Source: an uncultured Acidobacteriota bacterium (lineage in GTDB: Bacteria; Acidobacteriota; Thermoanaerobaculia; Gp7-AA8). From it: a stretch of 64,000 nt of DNA. A program made the position numbers and the translations under genes. The notes below the pieces were generated by a model that worked only from the letters and a program-made list of their open reading frames with translations, did no database searches and was not told the DNA's origin. Shown piece by piece: positions 58,660 to 64,000 of this stretch. The DNA lies in assembly GCA_963822445.1 (NCBI GenBank), contig CAWGHO010000002.1:2080001-2144000 (forward strand). Reading direction: 5' to 3'. Every line of letters starts with the position of its first letter. Position 1 is the first letter of the stretch.

Positions 58660-59715
58660 ATGGGAAAGAGAATTCTGTTTCAGGGCAGCTACGCTCCTCA
58701 CCGAGGGAAGCGGAGCGAGACGCCCGCGCATCTGCGCATAGCGGAAGAGATCTCTGCGCCGCTCGGCGAAGCTTTGATCGCGGCGGGTTTCGACCTGATT
58801 TTTACAGGGACGAACGTTCTTGAAAAGGTCATCGGAAATGCCGCGCTCGCCGCGTGTAAGCGATTCGGCGAGAACCCTCGCGAACGCGTTCGCACCTACT
58901 TGAGTGATCCCTCGGCCGGTGGCTTCGGTATGGTGTTGGAAGCGATAGGGGATTCGCGCCAAGACGTTCGAACATTCATCGTTCGCGAAGCAGACGCTTT
59001 GATCGCGCTAATCGGCGGAAAAGGAACGCGTGACTGCATTCAGAAGGCCGAGTTGGCTGGGAAACCGCTTTTCCCCATCGCTGTCGCTGGAGGAGGCGCA
59101 CTGGCGGAGTGGCTGCGGCTGAAACGAGAGGGATACCGGCACCGAAACGCGGGGGATATCGACTTTCTGGCTGATCACGGCGCGGCGCCTGGCGATCTTG
59201 CCTCGGCGATAGTTCATCGCTGCAAAGATCTCTTCGCGCCGGCAAGGCCGCGCGTGTCAAACCGCGTCTTTGTTGTTCATGGCCATGATGCAGAACTCAG
59301 GCTCGAGCTGACACGCATGCTGGATAAGCTCGGGCTAGTGCCCGTGATTCTCGGCGAACAGCCAGACCGAGGTCGGACGGTGTTAGGCAAGCTGGTCGAC
59401 GAACTCGCTGACGTCGGCTACGGCATTGTGTTATTGACGCCCGACGACGCAGGACGGAGGAAGGATGCCCGTCGAACGCAACCGCGCGCGCGCCAGAATG
59501 TAATCTTTGAGCACGGCTGGTTGATAGGTGCGCTCGGTACACAACGCGTCTGCGCGATAGTCAAGGGCGGCGTTGAAATTCCGTCTGACCTCGCCGGCGT
59601 CGTTTACAAGAACATTCCTGAGGGTAAAGGCGTCGACGCCATTGCGATCCACATCGTGCAAGAGCTCAAGTCAGCCGGCTACGCAGTCGATGCGAACAAG
59701 CTCCTCGGCGCCTAA
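58660..59715 (+). CDS. Cassette 15: SLOG domain fused to a Cap12/PycTIR-type TIR domain
   Basis: SLOG: R..IVREADALIALIGGKGT..C...A...GKPLFPI. TIR: VFVVHGHD, LLTPDD, RARQNVIFEHG and EIPSDLAGVVY. Stop in R''. Confidence 0.85.
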   Translation: MGKRILFQGSYAPHRGKRSETPAHLRIAEEISAPLGEALIAAGFDLIFTGTNVLEKVIGNAALAACKRFGENPRERVRTYLSDPSAGGFGMVLEAIGDSRQDVRTFIVREADALIALIGGKGTRDCIQKAELAGKPLFPIAVAGGGALAEWLRLKREGYRHRNAGDIDFLADHGAAPGDLASAIVHRCKDLFAPARPRVSNRVFVVHGHDAELRLELTRMLDKLGLVPVILGEQPDRGRTVLGKLVDELADVGYGIVLLTPDDAGRRKDARRTQPRARQNVIFEHGWLIGALGTQRVCAIVKGGVEIPSDLAGVVYKNIPEGKGVDAIAIHIVQELKSAGYAVDANKLLGA

Positions 59716-59896
59716 CTACTGCCCGCAGCTGTCAGCGGCCCGTTTGCCGCGCTCGGGGCTGAAGCCCCTCGATCCATCCGAGATCCACGGCGGCACGCCG
59801 CTCGCAGATCGGTCGACGTCAATCGCGGCGAGCGGCGCGCCGCTCTGCCCGCACGCGCGTGGGGGCTCGCTGCAGCTGAGGCGACAGACGTTAGGC
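59710..59896 (+). repeat. attC 15 (187 bp)
   Basis: GCCTAAC ... GTTAGGC; divergent interior but same fold. Confidence 0.9.
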
Positions 59897-59914
59897 GGAT
59901 TACAATATCCGGCC

Positions 59915-60973
59915 ATGGCAACGAAAAGGCACTCGCGACCACCGATGGCTGGCGAATCCGCTCCCACTCCGCCAAGCACTTCGAAGCCAGCCGCACCCTC
60001 AAGCGAGTCAGTTCCTTCTGAGGGCGCTGCCGGATCCCCCGCGCCAGACGTCGCCGCAGGCGAGCCCGACCCCGTAGCTGCGGAACCATCACCGACACCG
60101 GAAGTGTCGTGGCCAACCCTGATCAACGAGGGTACCGAATCGGAAATACGTGGCCGCTTCATCAACGAGGTCAACGACATCATAGCGAAAAGCGACGACC
60201 TGGCCGAGTCAGCGATTCTCGCAATCTTGCGTCCGGACGACAGCATCAACGCGTTCGATCTCGATCAAATCTACGAAGCGTTCATGGACCTTGATCCAGA
60301 TAAATACAAGAACGTCGTCTTGATCCTAATCAGTCGCGGCGGCGAAATCGAGCCAGCGTACCAAATCAGCAAACTATGCAAGACGTTTGCGCGTCAACAC
60401 AAGTTTCTCGTCGTCGTTCCACGTCAGGCCAAATCGGCAGCCACGCTGATTGCACTCGGGGCCGATGAAATTCACATGGGTCCCTTGGGTCAACTCGGAC
60501 CAATCGACCCTCAGATCGGTGGTCTTCCAGCACTTGGCGTATCACAAGCATTGCAAACGATAGCATCACTCGTGCAGCAATACCCGAAGAGTGCAGACAT
60601 GTTTGCCCAGTACCTCAGATTGGCCGTAAAGGTGGAGCACATCGGATATAGCGACCGCGTCACGGCGTCTGCCGTACAGTATGCAGAACGGTTACTATCA
60701 TCGAAGGCGCATCTAACGGCACGAATCCCTGAAATTGCAAAACACCTCGTTTACGCATACAAGGATCATAGCTTCGTCATTGACGCGGAAGAATCACAAC
60801 GGTTACTTGGCACTGAATTGATCAAAATGTGGTCGGCGCTTGAAGGCGCAGCTGAGCAAATCTATTCCGTATTCGATTGGGTCAATCTCTGGTTGCCGTC
60901 GTCTCCGAAAAAGAAGCGTCTTGTTGTTACGGGCGCGTTCAATTGGAATGGTGTGCTGCTGTTCCGCGCGTAA
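59915..60973 (+). CDS. Cassette 16: ClpP/SDH-fold serine protease with a Pro/Ser-rich disordered N-terminus
   Basis: LISRGG, AKSAATLIALGADEIHMG, LGPIDPQ and YKDHSFVID motifs; true start ATG 59915. Confidence 0.85.
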   Translation: MATKRHSRPPMAGESAPTPPSTSKPAAPSSESVPSEGAAGSPAPDVAAGEPDPVAAEPSPTPEVSWPTLINEGTESEIRGRFINEVNDIIAKSDDLAESAILAILRPDDSINAFDLDQIYEAFMDLDPDKYKNVVLILISRGGEIEPAYQISKLCKTFARQHKFLVVVPRQAKSAATLIALGADEIHMGPLGQLGPIDPQIGGLPALGVSQALQTIASLVQQYPKSADMFAQYLRLAVKVEHIGYSDRVTASAVQYAERLLSSKAHLTARIPEIAKHLVYAYKDHSFVIDAEESQRLLGTELIKMWSALEGAAEQIYSVFDWVNLWLPSSPKKKRLVVTGAFNWNGVLLFRA

Positions 60974-60975
60974 CC

Positions 60976-61162
60976 GCCTAACTACTGCCAGAAGCTGGCG
61001 GCGGGCCGTTCGCCGCGCCCGGCGGCCGAGCCGCCTACTCGGTCCCGAGATGCGCGGCGTCACGCCGCTTGCAACCGCGTAAACGTCAAATGCGGCAAGC
61101 GGCGTGCCGCTCTGCCCGCCTGCGCGCGGGGCCTCGCCGCAGCTTAGGCGATAACGTTAGGC
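60976..61162 (+). repeat. attC 16 (187 bp)
   Basis: GCCTAAC ... GTTAGGC; right spacer is 1 nt shorter (GATAAC). Confidence 0.9.
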
Positions 61163-61244
61163 GCACGCAAGAAGCAGTTCCGGGCTTCCGACCGATCTTG
61201 ACGACGTCGTGCCGCAGCAACAGAGCGCATGCTAACGTGGACGC

Positions 61245-62054
61245 ATGATTCTTCTCTACGCTCAAGGCGGTTCGCGAGAGTTCGAGGTGTGTTCTGAGAG
61301 TGCGATCGCACACGACTGGGAAATCATGCGAGAGGCTGCGTGCGAATTCCTCGACAACTCGTCTCAGCGCAATGTCGCCGAGATTCTTCGTCGACTGCCG
61401 TTCTACCCGTACAACGCCAGAAACCCTTTCGGCGATGAGTTTCAGCTCATCCTTGCGAAAGTTGGTGCCGCAGAGTACGCACAGCTATCGTCGCGCATGT
61501 CTGACGACGCATGGAGGACGGACTTCACCTCTGCCGGTAAAGCTCTCCAAACAGTGGGCTTTCCGGTCCGGTTGATTGCCGTCGAGCTCAAGGTTCAACC
61601 AGACGTTTCGGTAGTTAATCGCCCTAAACCAATCGTCACGAGTAGTACCGTGGAACGGGCTCTTCACGACGCGGAGTTGTTGCTCCGAAGTGCGGGTGCA
61701 ACAAGCGCGGTCGATCGTGCTCATACCGCTCTTCACGGGTACCTGAAGGAGCTTTGCGATCGCTCTCAACTGGCTTACACCAAAGATCCTGGCGTAGCCG
61801 AACTCTTCAAACTGCTCCGCGAGAAGCACCCGGCGTTCTCGGAGCCGATCACGCACGATGAAGAAGTGACGCGAATACTTCGCGCGCTTGCGACAGTTCT
61901 CGACTCGGCTAACACACTTCGGAACCGAGCAAGTGTCGCGCACGCAAACGCGGCATTACTCGAAGAGGCTGAAGCCATGTTGGTAATCAACGCGGCGCGA
62001 ACATTTCTCCACTACATTGATGCGAAGGCCGCGTCGCCTGGTGCCGGCGCCTAA
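61245..62054 (+). CDS. Cassette 17: abortive infection family protein (Abi_C / AbiJ-like HEPN-type C-terminus)
   Basis: SAVDRAHTALHGYL, LRNRASVAH (Rx4-6H) and EAMLVINA motifs; stop in R''. Confidence 0.85.
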   Translation: MILLYAQGGSREFEVCSESAIAHDWEIMREAACEFLDNSSQRNVAEILRRLPFYPYNARNPFGDEFQLILAKVGAAEYAQLSSRMSDDAWRTDFTSAGKALQTVGFPVRLIAVELKVQPDVSVVNRPKPIVTSSTVERALHDAELLLRSAGATSAVDRAHTALHGYLKELCDRSQLAYTKDPGVAELFKLLREKHPAFSEPITHDEEVTRILRALATVLDSANTLRNRASVAHANAALLEEAEAMLVINAARTFLHYIDAKAASPGAGA

Positions 62055-62247
62055 CTACTGCCAGCACCTGTCGGCGGGCCGTTCGCCGCGCCCGGCGGCC
62101 GAGCCGCCTAGACCGCTCCGAGACGCACGGCGTCACGCCGCTTGCAGATCGCGCCCGCCGACTGAATCGTTAGTTGCGGCAAGCGGCGCGCCGCTTGCGC
62201 CGCTCGCACTCGGGGCCTCGCCGCAGGTGAGGCGATAGACGTTAGCC
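62049..62247 (+). repeat. attC 17 (199 bp)
   Basis: GCCTAAC ... GTTAGCC. Confidence 0.92.
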
Positions 62248-62558
62248 AGACCGACGGCTTCGCGCCAAGCGCAAATCAGCAAAGGCACCATAAGACATCG
62301 CATTTTGGGCCGAGGCTTACGGCGCGGCAGCGAGGTCAGCATCCCTCGCGACAGGAATCCGTGCAGGATGGGGCGCTCTCGTCGCTCGATGGTTTGAGAT
62401 TGGATTTAAGCACTCTCCTGCAACCGAGGTTCACGAAGCGCACGCAGCAGAATCCGGTCTGATTGTTGATACGGCAGAGCCGTCCGAGACGCGTGCTCGT
62501 CGGGTCGGTTGGATTCGTCCAAATAACGGGGCGTTCAAGTTTCAATGGCATCGTGGCC

Positions 62559-63677
62559 TCACTGGTTGAGACGCGCTTTGTGAGCATCGAGCGCGTTTTT
62601 GATGTTCTTGATCGCGGCACTACGTTGCGCCGCAGATCCGCTCTTGATGACTTCCTGCTCCGCGAGAACTGTGTTAGCTAATGCCAAGAAGGCGTCACGA
62701 CGATCGCCCGTTATGGCGTCGCGTTGCGCCTGCTGACTCGCAGCGGCTTCCAGCTCGCCCGATGACGTCGCCGCCGAAGTCGTCGTCTCTGAGGCCGCGA
62801 ACGTTTTCGTCTTGAGAGGTACACCCGCGAGCTGAGCCGAGAAGACGAGTGCTTGCGTGGTCACCTTCGAGGCGACACGCGCAACTTCGGACGGATCGAA
62901 CGTGACGCCCTTGATAGTAAAGATCCCTGGCGTTTCCATCTTGATGGCAAGATTCATGTCGCCCAAACGCGACCGGCCGAAAGATCGGTCAAAGTCCTCA
63001 TGCCATGACGTATCGTCGGCAGTGACGACGCGGTATGCCTCGGACGACTCGACCAGACCTAAGACCCCAATCAACGCCCGCTGTTCGGCGCGCGCCTTTA
63101 GAAGCAGCTTGCTGCGGAGATCTTCAGCGCGATCGCGAATGTCGGCTCCGAGTCTCTCAACCGTCAGGCTAACCGCACCTTCGGTGTCGCGAGCAATCAT
63201 GTTAATGAAGTTGTCAAGATACCGATCGCGCTCACGCAGACGCGCGACCATCTGCGCCTCTTTCTCCGGGAACGCTTCTTTCGCGTCGATCGCGCGAATC
63301 TCCGCATTTAGCCTTTTTAGGCGTGCGCGCGCTTCGTCGTACGGTGGCTGCAGTGCGATAGCGAAGTCGCCAACGAGACTGTCTGCCATCGCTAGAAGAT
63401 CGGCCTTTTCCTCAGCAACTGTTTTGGTCGCTGCTTCGGTGCGGTATTCCGCGGCGAGACTCTTGTAGAAGTTACGATGGTCATCAAACGCCGCGTCGAG
63501 CACGCCGTCAACAGTGAGATCATTTTGGGCACGAACGAACGGCAAGGCGTCGCGAAGGAGGACTTGGTCGACGTGCGCCTCGACCACTGACGGGTTCACG
63601 ATATCAACGCGCACCGAGAGAGAACTACAGCCGATGAAGGCTGTCGCAATCAGGAAGGAGGCGGCGAGTCTTATCAT
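62559..63677 (-). CDS. Cassette 18: hypothetical helical lipoprotein
   Basis: Signal peptide with FIGC lipobox and coiled-coil-like body; antisense to the array. Confidence 0.75.
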   Translation of the reverse strand: MIRLAASFLIATAFIGCSSLSVRVDIVNPSVVEAHVDQVLLRDALPFVRAQNDLTVDGVLDAAFDDHRNFYKSLAAEYRTEAATKTVAEEKADLLAMADSLVGDFAIALQPPYDEARARLKRLNAEIRAIDAKEAFPEKEAQMVARLRERDRYLDNFINMIARDTEGAVSLTVERLGADIRDRAEDLRSKLLLKARAEQRALIGVLGLVESSEAYRVVTADDTSWHEDFDRSFGRSRLGDMNLAIKMETPGIFTIKGVTFDPSEVARVASKVTTQALVFSAQLAGVPLKTKTFAASETTTSAATSSGELEAAASQQAQRDAITGDRRDAFLALANTVLAEQEVIKSGSAAQRSAAIKNIKNALDAHKARLNQ

Positions 63678-64000
63678 GGCGCACCGCCGTTCCCGGCGTC
63701 GCGCCGCGCCTTAAACCACGCCGCCGCGTCGTCGACATCCTCGAACTGCCCGTCACCGCCGAGTGCGCCAGCGATCGCGCGCAGGGCCCGCAGCGAATCG
63801 TCCTTGGCCACCTCCGCGCTTGCGTTGTCCGCGAGCCCCGTGATGATCTTTTCGATCTGCACCGCGAAAGCCTTTCCTTCCGTGGTCGCGGCCGCACTCT
63901 CGGCCGCACCTTTACGAGCCTCGCGAATCTCGTCCCGGCTGAGGAGGTTCGTGACTGCGTCGGCCACGACTTGACTTTCCGCGAATTGACCAAGCGTGTC
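63674..64000 (-). CDS. Cassette 18: C-terminal part of a hypothetical protein (5' end outside window)
   Basis: Frame is open to the window edge; its stop overlaps the lipoprotein start (ATGA). Confidence 0.6.
   Translation of the reverse strand, partial: DTLGQFAESQVVADAVTNLLSRDEIREARKGAAESAAATTEGKAFAVQIEKIITGLADNASAEVAKDDSLRALRAIAGALGGDGQFEDVDDAAAWFKARRDAGNGGAP

Larger units (their letters stand above)
38092..64000 (+). mobile_element. Sedentary chromosomal integron: intI, attI and at least 18 gene cassettes (continues beyond the window)
   Basis: 17 RYYYAAC...GTTRRRY imperfect palindromes spaced about 1-2 kb apart, each closing one or two ORFs with non-host codon usage. No transposase; abuts treS. 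Confidence 0.95.

Noticed and set aside
40564-62247. Repeats interpreted as a CRISPR array, REP/BIME elements or MITEs
   Set aside because: Units are about 190-200 bp, separated by whole genes, bounded by RYYYAAC/GTTRRRY and adjacent to intI. No cas genes, target-site duplications or transposase are present.
1-64000. tRNA, rRNA, group II intron, retron or IS elements
   Set aside because: No recognisable tRNA/rRNA signatures, reverse transcriptase or transposase motifs were seen; a covariance search would be needed to exclude small RNAs.

Overview
High-GC bacterial chromosomal window in two halves. The host looks like Acidobacteriota, but that is an inference from gene content and style. Bases 1-37,974 are housekeeping genes: the tail of an alternative complex III/caa3 (type A2) oxidase operon, a MATE transporter, rfbB, a divergent citrate synthase / HTH-citrate synthase pair sharing a palindromic operator, an M20 peptidase, ggt, argRCBDGHJ with ARG boxes, a MutS-like ATPase, a P450, glgE and treS-pep2. 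Three genes carry single-base frameshifts that are probably assembly errors. Bases 38,092-64,000 are a sedentary chromosomal integron. intI is co-oriented with, and upstream of, its array (inverted-integrase layout), with a putative attI core at 39405. It is followed by 17 complete cassettes and an 18th cut by the window edge. Every attC is unusually long (187-201 bp versus the textbook 57-141 bp) and has a branched internal fold supported by compensatory changes. Every cassette has perfect 9-bp end complementarity followed by an invariant A, and most cassette genes appear to carry their own leaderless -10 promoter. The cargo is dominated by toxin-antitoxin and candidate anti-phage genes: VapBC, BrnTA, FRG, two OLD/PARIS-like ATPase-TOPRIM proteins, AbiGi, Abi_C, DGQHR, SLOG-TIR, a ClpP-like protease and a guanylate-kinase-like/Mrr nuclease fusion. 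All protein calls are from motifs read by eye; no database search was run.
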